Made by a program: the position numbers and the translations under genes
Notes under the pieces: model-generated
The model's database searches: none
What the model was told of the DNA's origin: nothing
The model's input: only the letters and a program-made list of their open reading frames with translations
Shown: piece after piece, positions 39,371 to 49,921 of the stretch
How the letters are laid out: each line of letters begins with the position of its first letter
Position numbering within the stretch: the stretch's first letter is position 1
Source: an uncultured bacterium
Lineage (GTDB): Bacteria > Verrucomicrobiota > Kiritimatiellia > PWTM01
NCBI GenBank assembly: GCA_938005705.1
Contig: CALLML010000029.1
Location: 5,705-69,704, forward strand
DNA length: 64,000 bases
Direction of reading: 5' to 3'

Positions 39371-40372
39371 TTGCACAGACGCTTGATTCACCAAAACATG
39401 AACAAGAAAGACATGCTAGACGGCCTGTCGGGACCGGATTACGCCACTTACGCCCCATGCCGCTTGTGTCCGCGCGATTGCGGAGTCAATCGGCTGGCCG
39501 GAGAAATCGGCGCGTGCGGCGAGACCGCGGTATGCGCGATCGCTTCAGCGGAACCTCATTTCGGCGAGGAACCCGGCCTTTCGGGAACCGGCGGATCGGG
39601 AACGATTTTTTTTCGCGGCTGTTCCTGTGGGTGTTTTTTTTGTCAAAATTACCAGATTTCCCGTGAAGGTGTCGGAACCCCCGTCAGCCCGGAAACCTTA
39701 TATCAGCTCGCCCAAGGCCTCATCGCGCGCGGTGTGCACAACCTCAACTTCGTTACGGGGGACCATTTCTGGCCCCACCTTGCGGCATTGGCCCGGCGAT
39801 TACGGGAAGAAGACCAGGCCATTCCGCTGCTGCTGAACACGTCCGGTTATGTGCGCCCGGAGCGGGTCAGCGACTATGCACGGTGGATGGACATTTTCCT
39901 GCCCGATTACAAATACGCCGACGCCGATCTGGCGTTCGTGTGCATGGGCGACAGGCGCTATCCGGAAACAGCGATGGCGGCCCTGCGCGAAATGGTTTCC
40001 CACAAGGGTTTTCTCTTTCCCTTCGCTGTGAACGACCGAATGCCAACCGCGCGCGAGGGCGTGTTGGTGCGCCATCTCATTCTGCCCGGACACATCGAAA
40101 ACAGCCTCGCGGCCCTGCGCCGTCTGCGCGATGAGTTTGGTCCGCGCCTGCCCATTTCCGTCATGAGCCAGTATCGCCCCGTGCCTGCCTGTCGGAGCCG
40201 CGGCGAATTTGCGCGTCGGATCTCCCGTGAGGAATACGACCGGGTGCGGACTGAGGTGGAAAAGCTGGAATTCGAGCACGTCTATCTTCAGGAATTTGAA
40301 CCGGATGACGCGTTCTTTCCGGATTTCGAACGGAAGGCCCCTTTCGAGGGCAATCGGCGACAGGACGCGTGA
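39371..40372 (+). CDS. Radical SAM protein, PflX-like (pyruvate formate-lyase activating enzyme-like)
   Basis: CxxxCxxC cluster within GCSCGCFFCQNY. N-terminal Cys cluster CRLCPRDCGVN...ACGE. Confidence 0.6.
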   Translation: MHRRLIHQNMNKKDMLDGLSGPDYATYAPCRLCPRDCGVNRLAGEIGACGETAVCAIASAEPHFGEEPGLSGTGGSGTIFFRGCSCGCFFCQNYQISREGVGTPVSPETLYQLAQGLIARGVHNLNFVTGDHFWPHLAALARRLREEDQAIPLLLNTSGYVRPERVSDYARWMDIFLPDYKYADADLAFVCMGDRRYPETAMAALREMVSHKGFLFPFAVNDRMPTAREGVLVRHLILPGHIENSLAALRRLRDEFGPRLPISVMSQYRPVPACRSRGEFARRISREEYDRVRTEVEKLEFEHVYLQEFEPDDAFFPDFERKAPFEGNRRQDA

Positions 40373-40416
40373 ACAAGGTCGGCATTTGCATATGAGAGCA
40401 GACAACGTAGATTGGG

Positions 40417-41274
40417 GTGATGATACGCATCGTGCTCCAATTCAGTTTTTCTCTGCTTGCAGTGTTGCCCCGGGCGGTCGCCCATGCCGAAACGCCGCTG
40501 ATCGCGGAAGCGCGCATGATCTCCGACCGACGAAGTATCCGCGCCGGCGAGACATTTAAAATTGGGGTGCACGTGCGCATTCCGCCCGGCGCCCATATGT
40601 ACTGGATCAACCCCGGCGACGGCGGGTTGCCGACGCGCATCCAATGGCAAGCGCCGTCCGAATTCGAGATCGGCCCGACACAATGGCCCATACCCGCCCG
40701 CTTTGTCGAACCGCCGCTGATCAGCCACGGATATGCCGACGAAGTGGTCTTTTGGGCGACTGTCCGCGCGCCGGGGGATTTCGGTCCTATCGCGGCCGTC
40801 CGTTTGACTGCGCGCATCGACTGGCTGCTCTGTCGCGAATCCTGTGTGCCCGGCGGCGCGGATCTTTCGCTGGTGCTGCGCACAGGGAAGAGCGAGGATG
40901 CGCCAGACTCGGACCGCGCCATACTGTTCGAATTTGAACGACGCATCCCTCGAGAGCAGCCGGCATGGCGCTTTCTTTTCACCGATCACGATGACCACGT
41001 GGTGCTGTACACCGTGCCCCCGCCTGAATGGGATGCCAAGGCCTTGGCGAAGCTGGTTTTCATTCCTGAGATGGACGATCTGACGGAGCCGGCGGCGCCT
41101 CAAGAGTGGCGCAAAGATCATGGAAGATATGTGTTGCGGCTGCCGAAGACGGCGCGCCGTCACCGCGTCGGCGAGCGACTGGAAGGGGTGTTGAGGGAAG
41201 GCGACGGACATCCGAGACCGCCGAACGAGCAGTTTATGCGCGTCTCGGCGACTCACTTGGAACGAGAACAATGA
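40417..41274 (+). CDS. DsbD N-terminal (alpha) domain-like periplasmic protein
   Basis: Signal peptide. HMYWINPGDGG...WPIP and WLLCRESCVPG motifs typical of DsbD-alpha / ScsB N-terminal domains. Confidence 0.5.
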   Translation: MMIRIVLQFSFSLLAVLPRAVAHAETPLIAEARMISDRRSIRAGETFKIGVHVRIPPGAHMYWINPGDGGLPTRIQWQAPSEFEIGPTQWPIPARFVEPPLISHGYADEVVFWATVRAPGDFGPIAAVRLTARIDWLLCRESCVPGGADLSLVLRTGKSEDAPDSDRAILFEFERRIPREQPAWRFLFTDHDDHVVLYTVPPPEWDAKALAKLVFIPEMDDLTEPAAPQEWRKDHGRYVLRLPKTARRHRVGERLEGVLREGDGHPRPPNEQFMRVSATHLEREQ

Positions 41275-41367
41275 GGTTAAGAATCGGCGTCGGGGTGCCA
41301 GTGACCATGGAAATGACCCCGCGATTTCCATGTCGAGAAGCAATGCGGGATCGCGAAAGGAAGGACT

Positions 41368-41979
41368 ATGATGAGAACAGTAATCGGATGGATAGTGGTG
41401 GCTATTGGAACGGTCCTCGGGGCGTTTGCGGAGGCGCCTACGGCGATGGTTGGCGAAGCAGCGCCCGCGTTTGCCTTGCCATCGGTTGACGGCCGGGCGT
41501 ATTCGCTGGCGGACTTTCGCGGTTCTTACGTCGTCCTAGAGTGGACGAATTACGATTGTCCGTTTGTGCGTAAATTCTATAACGCGGGCGCGATGCAAGC
41601 GTTGCAGAAAGAACTCGCCGAAAAAGGGATTATTTGGCTGAGCATTTGCTCTTCCGCGCCCGGCAAACAGGGCCACTTCACGGCCGATGAATGGAAAAAG
41701 CGCATAGAGAAATGGCAGGTGGCTGCCAAGGCCGTGCTGCTCGACGCCGACGGCAAGATCGGACGGACTTATCAAGCAACGAACACGCCGCATATGTTTG
41801 TTATTGATCCGAACGGCGTTCTGATCTATGCGGGCGCGCTGGATGACAAGCCGAGCGCCGATCCGAAGGACATCCCGGAGGCGAAAAACTATGTCCGCGC
41901 GACGCTCGAGGCCGCATGGGCGGGCCGACCGGTCGAAACACCCTCCACGAAGGCCTACGGCTGCAGCGTAAAGTATTGA
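41368..41979 (+). CDS. Thioredoxin-fold (redoxin-like) protein, likely periplasmic
   Basis: Signal or anchor MMRTVIGWIVVAIGTVLGAFA. Thioredoxin-like LEWTNYDCPFVRKF with a single Cys in CPFV context. Confidence 0.5.
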   Translation: MMRTVIGWIVVAIGTVLGAFAEAPTAMVGEAAPAFALPSVDGRAYSLADFRGSYVVLEWTNYDCPFVRKFYNAGAMQALQKELAEKGIIWLSICSSAPGKQGHFTADEWKKRIEKWQVAAKAVLLDADGKIGRTYQATNTPHMFVIDPNGVLIYAGALDDKPSADPKDIPEAKNYVRATLEAAWAGRPVETPSTKAYGCSVKY

Positions 41980-42094
41980 GCGTGCGGCGCCCGTGGGTGG
42001 GTGAGCGAACCCGAGCCTTACGTGGCCACAAGTTCCTGTGGCAGCTCCACTCAGGGCCCCGCTACCGCCGGGAGACGGGACAGGGGAGATGCGA

Positions 42095-43144
42095 TCACCC
42101 AATGGCGATCATGCGCTCGAGCGCGACGCGCGCTCGTCGCGCGATCGCCTCCGGCACCTCGATCACATAGCGGTTGAACCGCAGCGCGTCGCGTGTGTCC
42201 TCCAGCGTAATCTCGTTCATATGCGGGCAGCGAATAGAGCACATGCGCACCATTTCCTTCCCGGGATTGGCTGCGGCAATGTTATCGCCCATCGCGCATT
42301 CGGTCAGAATCAGGTAGCGCGAAGCGGCATGTTCCTTCACATAGCGGATCATCGCGTTAGTGCTTCCGGAAAAATCGGCCGCCGCGACGACCTCAGGGCT
42401 GCATTCGGGATGAGCCAGGACCGCCACATCTGGAAACTGCCGGCGCGCGTTTTCAATGTCCTGGACGGTGAATTTCTCGTGCACCTCGCAGCGGCCGGTC
42501 CAGCCGATTACCTCGTATTCCAGCTCCTCGAAACGCGTCGCCGGAGGCAGGCGGGTCGGGAAGATGATCCGTTTGCCGGTTTCGCGCGCCACATTCGAGG
42601 CCAGATATTCATCCGGCAGAAAGATTACGCGGTCGCTCCGCAACGATGCCACGACGGCGACCGCGTTGGAGGAGGTGCAGCAGATATCCGACTCCGCCTT
42701 CACTTCGGCATACGTGTTCACGTAGCTGACGACCGGCACGCCGGGAAATTGCTGCCGCAGGCGGCGCACATCCTCTGCCGTGATGCTTTCCGCGAGCGAG
42801 CAGCCAGCCTTTTTTGCCGGCAGCAGTACGGTTTTCGAGGGATTAAGAATTTTAGCGGTCTCGGCCATGAACCTCACGCCGCAAAATACGATTATGTCTT
42901 TGTCCGTCTGAGCGGCCTTTCGGCTCAGATCCAGGGAATCGCCCTGGAAATCCGGTACAGAATAAAAGAGCGCGGGCTCCATGTAATTATGCGCGAGGAT
43001 AAGGGCATTGCGTTCGGCCTTTAATCGGAGGATTTCCGCGGCAATCTCCGCCTTGATCCGCAACTCGACATCCGGAACTACGCGCGCCAACCGCGCTTTC
43101 AGCCGCTCATATACCTCGGCTGCCGTTGGAAATGTTGAAATCAT
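42095..43144 (-). CDS. nadA: Quinolinate synthase
   Basis: ILAHNYM and FCGVRFMAET motifs. Three conserved Cys regions. 349 aa. Confidence 0.9.
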   Translation of the reverse strand: MISTFPTAAEVYERLKARLARVVPDVELRIKAEIAAEILRLKAERNALILAHNYMEPALFYSVPDFQGDSLDLSRKAAQTDKDIIVFCGVRFMAETAKILNPSKTVLLPAKKAGCSLAESITAEDVRRLRQQFPGVPVVSYVNTYAEVKAESDICCTSSNAVAVVASLRSDRVIFLPDEYLASNVARETGKRIIFPTRLPPATRFEELEYEVIGWTGRCEVHEKFTVQDIENARRQFPDVAVLAHPECSPEVVAAADFSGSTNAMIRYVKEHAASRYLILTECAMGDNIAAANPGKEMVRMCSIRCPHMNEITLEDTRDALRFNRYVIEVPEAIARRARVALERMIAIG

Positions 43145-43714
43145 ATCCTCCCCAAGATAAGCCGTTTCGCAGCTTTGCGCAAGGCCCCTCCATCACACCA
43201 GCGATCAAAATCACCGCCCCGCAGGAGCGCCCCCTGCGACGTGGAAAAATGATAGAAGCACGCAAAGGAGAGAGCAAGTTGTTCGATCCGTTGCCGACGG
43301 AACGATACCCCGGCGTGATTCCGGACCCTCCGCCCTCGACCTGCTGCGCCACAGCCCGGAGACGAAAAGGGAGACGGCGACAAGGGTCTACTCGGAAGGG
43401 GAGTTGAAAGCGGCTTTCAGATTGTGGTTGAAGGGGACAGCACTTCGTGAGACGGATACTGAAGAATGTTATCCATGATCGCCTTCAGACGCGTTTCCTT
43501 TCCCTAAATTGCTCAGCGCCAATGGCTCAGAAGAATGCGGGGAAAAACCGGCGCCGATCTCTCCGCGCCCCCCTCAGCCGCTATGGACGAAGAGCGGCGA
43601 ATACGCTTTGAAAAAGGGCAGACCAAGAGGCATATTGTTACGGTCATGTGCATTCGTCATCCAGGTATTCGCGCGGCAGTTCTTCTTGTTGCCGCCGTTG
43701 TATCAGGAGAAAAG

Positions 43715-44272
43715 ATGAACGTGAACGCCGCGGAAAAGAAAAATGCCGATCCGTCTACTACGGCCGTCGCCACGTTCGGCGCCGGCTGTTTCTGGTGCGC
43801 CGAAGCGGTCTTCGAGCGGATCGAGGGTGTGCGCTCCGTGACGTCCGGCTTCATGGGCGGCACGAAAGAACGCCCCACCTACAAGGAAGTCTGCCGGGGC
43901 GATACCGGCCACGCCGAGGTGGTGCAGGTGGTCTACGATCCGGCGGTTGTCTCCTACGAACAGCTTCTGGAATGGTTCTGGAAGATGCACGACCCCACCC
44001 AATTGAATCGCCAGGGGGCGGATGTCGGCACGCAGTATCGTTCGGTCATTTTTTACCATTCCGAGGAGCAGCGTCGTGTCGCGGAGGCGTCCCGTGCGCG
44101 GCTGGAAGCCGCGAAGGCGTATGATCGTCCGATTGTGACGCGCATCGAGCCGGCCGGAACCTTCTGGCCGGCCGAAGACTATCACCAGGACTATTTCCGC
44201 CGCAATCCGGACGCCGGCTACTGCCGCATGGTGATCGCCCCGAAGCTCGAAAAACTGAAACTTTCCCGCTAA
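43715..44272 (+). CDS. msrA: Peptide methionine sulfoxide reductase MsrA
   Basis: GAGCFWCAEAVF active-site motif. ATG at 43715 preceded by AGGAGAAAAG. An upstream in-frame extension with a hydrophobic stretch (possible signal peptide) cannot be excluded. Confidence 0.8.
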   Translation: MNVNAAEKKNADPSTTAVATFGAGCFWCAEAVFERIEGVRSVTSGFMGGTKERPTYKEVCRGDTGHAEVVQVVYDPAVVSYEQLLEWFWKMHDPTQLNRQGADVGTQYRSVIFYHSEEQRRVAEASRARLEAAKAYDRPIVTRIEPAGTFWPAEDYHQDYFRRNPDAGYCRMVIAPKLEKLKLSR

Positions 44273-44314
44273 GATGCCGTTCGGCGCGAGCGCTTGGCGT
44301 TTTGCGCTTGGCAC

Positions 44315-44911
44315 ATGAAGGGAAAAAATATCGGCATTTTCGGCGGATCGTTCAACCCCGTGCATCTGGGGCACCGGATCGCCGCCGCCGATGCGGTCGA
44401 ATCCCTGAAGCTGGATCGGTTGTATTGGGTCCCGGCTGCCTGTTCTCCGCTCAAGGTCGGGGCGTCTATGGCTTCCGCCGAACATCGGTGCGCCATGGTC
44501 GCGCTCGCGATTGCCGGGGATCGCCGCATGGCCTTGTGCCGATGGGAGATGCGACGCACCGGCCCGTCGTACACGATCGACACCATTCGCCATTTTCGTC
44601 GCGTCCGCCCAGATGCGAGCCTCTGGCTCGTGCTCGGGGGAGATTCGCTGCGGGACTTACATCGGTGGTACGAGATCCGTGAGCTGCTACGGCAGTGCCG
44701 CTTGGCGATCATCGGACGGCCCGGCCACGCCGTCCGATGGCCGTCCGCCCGCCTGCCGGCGCCCGATCCTCCGCCCGTCGTTGTGCCCGGTCATGCCGTC
44801 GGCATTTCCTCCACAGAGATTCGCCGCCGTCTTGCCGAAGGCCGTTCCATTCGCTATCTTGTACCTTCCGCGGTCGCCGACTATATTCGCCGACATCGAC
44901 TCTATATTTAA
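44315..44911 (+). CDS. nadD: Nicotinate-nucleotide adenylyltransferase
   Basis: IGIFGGSFNPVHLGH (HxGH nucleotidyltransferase motif). ISSTEIRRR near the C terminus. Confidence 0.8.
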   Translation: MKGKNIGIFGGSFNPVHLGHRIAAADAVESLKLDRLYWVPAACSPLKVGASMASAEHRCAMVALAIAGDRRMALCRWEMRRTGPSYTIDTIRHFRRVRPDASLWLVLGGDSLRDLHRWYEIRELLRQCRLAIIGRPGHAVRWPSARLPAPDPPPVVVPGHAVGISSTEIRRRLAEGRSIRYLVPSAVADYIRRHRLYI

Positions 44912-44945
44912 ACCGTTTGGCCGGATACGGACTAACAGCCTCGGG

Positions 44946-45338
44946 TTGAGTGAGAACTTGATTCTGAACGCCGAACAACTGGTGCGCGTGGTGTGGGACG
45001 CCCTCCTCGAGAAAAAAGGCGTGAATCCCGTGGCGCTTGACGTCCGCGGCATTTCCGGAATCACGGACTACTTCGTCATTGCCAGCGGTAACAGCGCGCC
45101 GCACTTGAAGGCCCTGGCCATGGAGGCGCGGTCCCGAGTGGACGAGGCCGGACACGCCAAGGGTCGCATGGAGGGCGATCCGGAAAGCGGGTGGGTGGTG
45201 CTGGACCTGGGCGACGCGGTTGTGCACCTGTTCCTGCCCGATACGCGCGCCTATTACGCCCTGGAAGACCTGTGGAACGATGCGCCTCGGTGGGAGGCTG
45301 TCTCCCAGCCAGACCCAAAGGACGGAATGAGGAAATAA
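44946..45338 (+). CDS. rsfS: Ribosomal silencing factor RsfS (Iojap)
   Basis: [22 protein letters not shown]...[14 protein letters not shown] is typical RsfS. No ATG available. Putative TTG start at 44946. Stop overlaps the icd ATG. Confidence 0.6.
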   Translation: MSENLILNAEQLVRVVWDALLEKKGVNPVALDVRGISGITDYFVIASGNSAPHLKALAMEARSRVDEAGHAKGRMEGDPESGWVVLDLGDAVVHLFLPDTRAYYALEDLWNDAPRWEAVSQPDPKDGMRK

Positions 45339-46600
45339 TGAGCGATTATCGTCATATACGGATCCCCGCGGAAGGCGGGGTCGTCGAAGCGGATGAGCGC
45401 GGCGTCATTCGAACACCCGATCGCCCCATTGTGCCGTTCATAGAAGGCGACGGTATCGGGCCGGATATCACGCGCGCCGCGATGCGGGTATGGAATGCGG
45501 CTGTCGAGAAGGCATATGGCGGCCGCCGACGCGTCGCCTGGATGGAGGTATATGCCGGCGAGAAGGCCGTGCGAGTGTATGGCGAAGGTGTGTGGCTGCC
45601 GGACGAGACTCTCGACGCCATTCGCCGTTTCCGCGTGGCGATCAAGGGGCCGCTGACCACGCCCATCGGCGGGGGTTTCCGCAGCCTCAATGTTGCGCTG
45701 CGCCAGGAGCTCGATCTCTACGTCTGCTTGCGCCCCGTGCGCTGGTTCACCGGTGTGCCGTCGCCGGTGCGCCACCCCGAGAAGACCGACATGGTCGTCT
45801 TCCGCGAAAATTCCGAAGACATTTACGCGGGCATCGAATGGGCCGCCGGCACGCCGGAGGTCCGGCGGGTCATCGAGTTTCTTCAGCGCGAGATGGGCGT
45901 CAAAAAAATTCGCTTCCCCGAAACCTCCAGCATCGGCGTCAAACCGGTCTCACGCGAAGGTTCCATTCGCCTGGTGCGCGCCGCGATTCGCTATGCCCTC
46001 GAACATCGGCGCCCATCCGTCACCCTCGTGCACAAGGGCAACATTATGAAGTTTACGGAAGGCTATTTCCGCGACTGGGGCTATGCCGTCGCGCGCGAAG
46101 AATTCGGCGCCGAGCCAATGGACGGCGGGCCGTGGCAGGTCATCCGGCAGCCCGACGGCGGACGGCTCGTCATCAAGGACGTCATCGCCGACGCTTTTCT
46201 GCAGCAGATTCTGACCCGTCCGGAGGAATATTCCGTCATCGCCACGCTCAACCTCAACGGCGACTACATTTCGGATGCCCTCGCCGCCTGCGTCGGCGGC
46301 ATCGGTATCGCGCCTGGGGCCAATATCAACTACGACACCGGCCATGCCGTGTTTGAGGCCACACACGGCACGGCGCCGAAATACGCAAATCAGGACAAAG
46401 TCAACCCCGGTTCGCTGATCCTCTCCGGCGAGATGATGTTTCGTCACCTCGGCTGGACCGAGGCGGCGGATCTCATCATCGCCGGCATGGAACGCGCCAT
46501 CGCGCAGAGGACCGTCACCTACGACTTTGCCCGCCTCATGGACGGTGCGCGCGAGGTCTCGTGCAGCGCGTTCGGCGAGGCGGTGGCGGAGGCCATGTGA
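45338..46600 (+). CDS. icd: Isocitrate dehydrogenase, NADP-dependent
   Basis: [10 protein letters not shown]...[11 protein letters not shown]...[16 protein letters not shown] at 45338 with GAGG ribosome-binding site. The track ORF's extension back to 45191 is spurious. Confidence 0.9.
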   Translation: MSDYRHIRIPAEGGVVEADERGVIRTPDRPIVPFIEGDGIGPDITRAAMRVWNAAVEKAYGGRRRVAWMEVYAGEKAVRVYGEGVWLPDETLDAIRRFRVAIKGPLTTPIGGGFRSLNVALRQELDLYVCLRPVRWFTGVPSPVRHPEKTDMVVFRENSEDIYAGIEWAAGTPEVRRVIEFLQREMGVKKIRFPETSSIGVKPVSREGSIRLVRAAIRYALEHRRPSVTLVHKGNIMKFTEGYFRDWGYAVAREEFGAEPMDGGPWQVIRQPDGGRLVIKDVIADAFLQQILTRPEEYSVIATLNLNGDYISDALAACVGGIGIAPGANINYDTGHAVFEATHGTAPKYANQDKVNPGSLILSGEMMFRHLGWTEAADLIIAGMERAIAQRTVTYDFARLMDGAREVSCSAFGEAVAEAM

Positions 46601-47160
46601 ACGGCGAACGGATAAGGGAAGCCGCGGGCGACGATTTCCTGAGTCCGCCGGCGCGGGTTCGCGACCCGCGCCGCAAAATCCTCTCCCGTGCCGACGCGCG
46701 CGCTCTAGCGGCGCGTTGGCGGGCCGAAGGGCGCGCCGTCGTCTTCACCAACGGCTGCTTTGATCTGCTGCACGTCGGCCACACGGACTATCTGAACCGC
46801 GCGCGGGCCGAGGGCGGTGCATTGATCGTCGGCCTCAATTCGGACGCCTCCGTGCGTCATCTCAAGGGGCCGGAACGACCGGTGGTGCCGCAGGATCAGC
46901 GCGCCTTACTCGTCGCCGCACTCGAATGCGTGGATGCCGTGGTCGTCTTCGACGAACCGGAGCCGGCCGCCCTGATCGCGGAGCTGGAGCCGGATGTACT
47001 GGTCAAGGGCGCCGACTGGGCGCACTACGTCAGCGGGCGAGAGACGGTCGAACGGCGCGGCGGGCGCGTGGTGCTCGCTCCCCTCGTCGAAGGGCTCTCG
47101 ACCAGCGCGTTGATTCGGCGAATCCGCGGCGCCGCGGCCGGCCAGGAGAGATTGTCATGA
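46597..47160 (+). CDS. rfaE2: D-glycero-beta-D-manno-heptose 1-phosphate adenylyltransferase (RfaE domain II / HldE C-terminal-like)
   Basis: Cytidylyltransferase-fold [13 protein letters not shown] and VKGADW motifs. Start uncertain. A GTG at 46597 overlaps the icd stop (atGTGa). The track uses the GTG at 46561. Confidence 0.6.
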   Translation: MNGERIREAAGDDFLSPPARVRDPRRKILSRADARALAARWRAEGRAVVFTNGCFDLLHVGHTDYLNRARAEGGALIVGLNSDASVRHLKGPERPVVPQDQRALLVAALECVDAVVVFDEPEPAALIAELEPDVLVKGADWAHYVSGRETVERRGGRVVLAPLVEGLSTSALIRRIRGAAAGQERLS

Positions 47161-48125
47161 GCGCAAAATACATCGTCACCGGAGGGGCAGGATTCATCGG
47201 TAGCAATACCGTCGCGGCGCTGAACGAGCGCGGCGAGCGCGATATCCTCGTCGTGGACCATCTCGGCGCCAACGAAAAGTGGAACAACCTTGTCGGGCTC
47301 GAATTCAGCGACTTCATAGACAAAGACGATTTCCGCTTCGCGCTGCGCCACGACGCCCTGCAGCGGGTGGACGTCGTCATCCACCTCGGCGCATGCAGCT
47401 CCACCACCGAACTGCGCGCCGACTATCTGATGGATAACAACTATCGCTACACCCGCGAACTGTGCGAATGGTGCCTACAGAACGACATCCGCTTCGTCTA
47501 TGCCTCCAGCGCGGCGACCTACGGCGACGGATCGGCCGGATTCGAGGACAACGAGGACACGCTCCTCGCCTTGCGCCCGTTGAATATGTACGGCTTTTCC
47601 AAGCATCTCTTTGACCTCTGGGCGCATCGGCAGGGCCTTTTCGACCGCATCGCTGGCCTAAAATTTTTCAACGTCTACGGCCCACGCGAGGCGCACAAAG
47701 GGGATATGCGCTCGGTCGTACACAAGGCCTGGGGCCAGATTCTGGATACGGGAGTCGTGAAGCTGTTTCGCTCTTATCGCCCCGATTTCGCCGACGGCGA
47801 ACAACGTCGGGATTTTCTCTATGTGCGCGACGCGGTGCGGGTCCTCCTGTTTCTCGCCGACGAAACACGAGTTGGCGGCCTGTACAACTGCGGCACGGGA
47901 GAGTCCCGGACGTGGAATGACCTCGCGCGGGCAGTCTTCACCGCGATGGGGCGCGAGCCCCGCATCGAGTACATCGAGATGCCGGAGGCCATCCGCGGCA
48001 AATATCAGTACGACACACGTGCCGACATCATGCGCCTGCGTCAGATCGGCTACCCTGAAGCCTTCACTTCGCTTGAGGACGGCGTGGCGGAATATGTGCG
48101 CTGGCTCGAGGAGGAGAAGGTGTAG
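47157..48125 (+). CDS. hldD: ADP-L-glycero-D-manno-heptose 6-epimerase
   Basis: [17 protein letters not shown] Rossmann start, YASSAATYG. ATG at 47157 with AGGAGAG ribosome-binding site. ATGA overlap with the rfaE2 stop. Confidence 0.85.
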   Translation: MSAKYIVTGGAGFIGSNTVAALNERGERDILVVDHLGANEKWNNLVGLEFSDFIDKDDFRFALRHDALQRVDVVIHLGACSSTTELRADYLMDNNYRYTRELCEWCLQNDIRFVYASSAATYGDGSAGFEDNEDTLLALRPLNMYGFSKHLFDLWAHRQGLFDRIAGLKFFNVYGPREAHKGDMRSVVHKAWGQILDTGVVKLFRSYRPDFADGEQRRDFLYVRDAVRVLLFLADETRVGGLYNCGTGESRTWNDLARAVFTAMGREPRIEYIEMPEAIRGKYQYDTRADIMRLRQIGYPEAFTSLEDGVAEYVRWLEEEKV

Positions 48126-48191
48126 GCGATCCTCTGTTCGGATCGTTCCCTTGGGCGGTACAACGGACTGGTTTCTTGAAAAGAAAAGGTC

Positions 48192-49184
48192 TTATCGCCC
48201 GCAATCTTCACCCATGCGCACCGCCATACGGCGGCGACCGGTCGCCATGGCCAGTGCGCCCAACGTGATCAGAATTACGATTCCAGGCTCGGGGATCGCG
48301 GCGAAGTACAGAGAACCGGGACTGTTCAGCCCCGTGATGAAGGCCGAGGACTCCATCGCCGTGATGCCGACATTGGAGCGCCAAACCTGACCATTGTTAA
48401 AAGCGTTCGCGTAGAGGCGCCCATCCGGCCCAATACGAATACCGGTGGCCGTCGTGGTTCCGATACTGCCGATCAGGGTCTCCGAAGCAGGATTGAGGCC
48501 CAGCCCATAATTGCCTGCAGCGAGAAGTTCGTAGCGATAAATCCGACCTTCGCTTCCGATGGTGCGGCTCACATAAACGTAATCGCCGGAAAATTCCATC
48601 TGTGACGCGATGCCGATGGTCGGCGACGTGTTCAAAAAGGTCGTCCACGCCGACGAGCTCAAGTCATACGCGAAGATCTGCCCGTCCGAGCTGTCCACGG
48701 CATACAGTCGCCCATCCGGCCCGATCCGGATGCCGTCGGCGGTGCTGAAACCGATGGGGCCCGTGAGGGTTGTATAGGTCCCGTCGGATAGATTCACCTG
48801 GTAGATATAGGGCGTCCCATAATGCGCCGCGAAGTGATGGGTGCTCGTCTGAGCGGCGTCCAGCAATGTGGGACTGCCGCCGATGGTCGTGAAGAGGCTG
48901 AACGATGTCCCGTCGAGACTGCGCCGATAAATCGCGCCGCCGTCGCGATTGACATGGAGCCTTCCCGCCGAATCCGTTACCATTCCGTCGGCGCCCGCGG
49001 CGGAGCCGCCCACCGGCATATAGGTGGACGGAAGCGGGATTTCGACACCGGTCGTGTAGTTGAATCCCCGTACGTTGCCGGTGCTGTACTCGCTCACAAA
49101 CAGGATCAACTGCGCCCGCGCCATTCCGATGAAAAACAACCCGGCCGCACAAGTTGCCCACCTTCTACGTTGGTGCAAGGTCAT
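48192..49184 (-). CDS. PEP-CTERM sorted protein with repeated beta-propeller-like (NHL/SMP-30-like) blades
   Basis: C-terminal IPEPGIVILITLGALAMATGRRR. Repeated GIRIGPDGRLYA blades. Signal peptide. Confidence 0.65.
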   Translation of the reverse strand: MTLHQRRRWATCAAGLFFIGMARAQLILFVSEYSTGNVRGFNYTTGVEIPLPSTYMPVGGSAAGADGMVTDSAGRLHVNRDGGAIYRRSLDGTSFSLFTTIGGSPTLLDAAQTSTHHFAAHYGTPYIYQVNLSDGTYTTLTGPIGFSTADGIRIGPDGRLYAVDSSDGQIFAYDLSSSAWTTFLNTSPTIGIASQMEFSGDYVYVSRTIGSEGRIYRYELLAAGNYGLGLNPASETLIGSIGTTTATGIRIGPDGRLYANAFNNGQVWRSNVGITAMESSAFITGLNSPGSLYFAAIPEPGIVILITLGALAMATGRRRMAVRMGEDCGR

Positions 49185-49454
49185 GACTTATTTCTCCATT
49201 TCGCCTTTAATGGCAAAATGCCTCAACTTTTCAATCTGTCAAATTTATGATCTTCACGCCCATCATAATCGGCTCGTTTTCTTTGCGTGGAGGCCCGAAG
49301 CTCAGTGCAGCGCTGATCCGCCAGTTCACAAGTCGGACCAACAGAGGCGCGAGGAGACAGCACGAGGGAGACAACACCAACAACAACGGACGTGCCCGGG
49401 CTTCATGAAAAATGAAGCGGGCCTGGGGCGGAAGGAAGAAGCGGTCTTATCTGG

Positions 49455-49832
49455 TCAGACGCCCAGTTTTTCCCGCAAGGTCTTCAACATCAGCTTCGGC
49501 TGGATTGGTTTCTGGAAAACGCCATCCAATCCGAGTTCGGCATAGTTCGTCGCCAGATTCAATTGATCCCCCGCTGAGCTCAACATGTAGATCGGCGCTG
49601 TGTTCTGAAGCAGCCGCAAGTCCTTGACCAGCGAGATACCCGAATCCACTTCCTCCATCATGAGGTCGATGATGATGAGGTCGGGGCGTTCGGCCTTGAA
49701 CTTGCGCAGCGCGACCTCCGCGGAGATCGCCTCCTCCATGATGTAGCCGTTTGCCTCGAGGATCGCCCGCATCGAATCGAGAAAATCCTGATCGTCGTCC
49801 ACATACAGAATGACTGGCTTGCCGTCTCGCAT
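49455..49832 (-). CDS. Single-domain response regulator (CheY-like receiver)
   Basis: VILYVDDD...DLIIIDLMM (phospho-acceptor Asp in DLMMEE)...K. ATG (MRDGKP) at complement 49830-49832 with GGAGG ribosome-binding site. Confidence 0.65.
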   Translation of the reverse strand: MRDGKPVILYVDDDQDFLDSMRAILEANGYIMEEAISAEVALRKFKAERPDLIIIDLMMEEVDSGISLVKDLRLLQNTAPIYMLSSAGDQLNLATNYAELGLDGVFQKPIQPKLMLKTLREKLGV

Positions 49833-49921
49833 CTGATCGCCCTCCAAGAACGTCTATCCCGTTCCGCCTTGCGATATATCAACCTCGGGAGAATCTACCG
49901 GAAGTCGCGAAAAGTCAAATG

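Noticed and set aside
45191-45337. N-terminal extension of icd in the ORF track
   Set aside because: Overlaps the rsfS coding region. Strong ribosome-binding site and conserved MSDYRHI start at 45338.
49393-49425. Hairpin cccgggcttcat-gaaaaa-atgaagcgggcc downstream of the response-regulator gene
   Set aside because: A 7-bp stem with a mismatch, not followed by a U-tract in either orientation. Weak as an intrinsic terminator.
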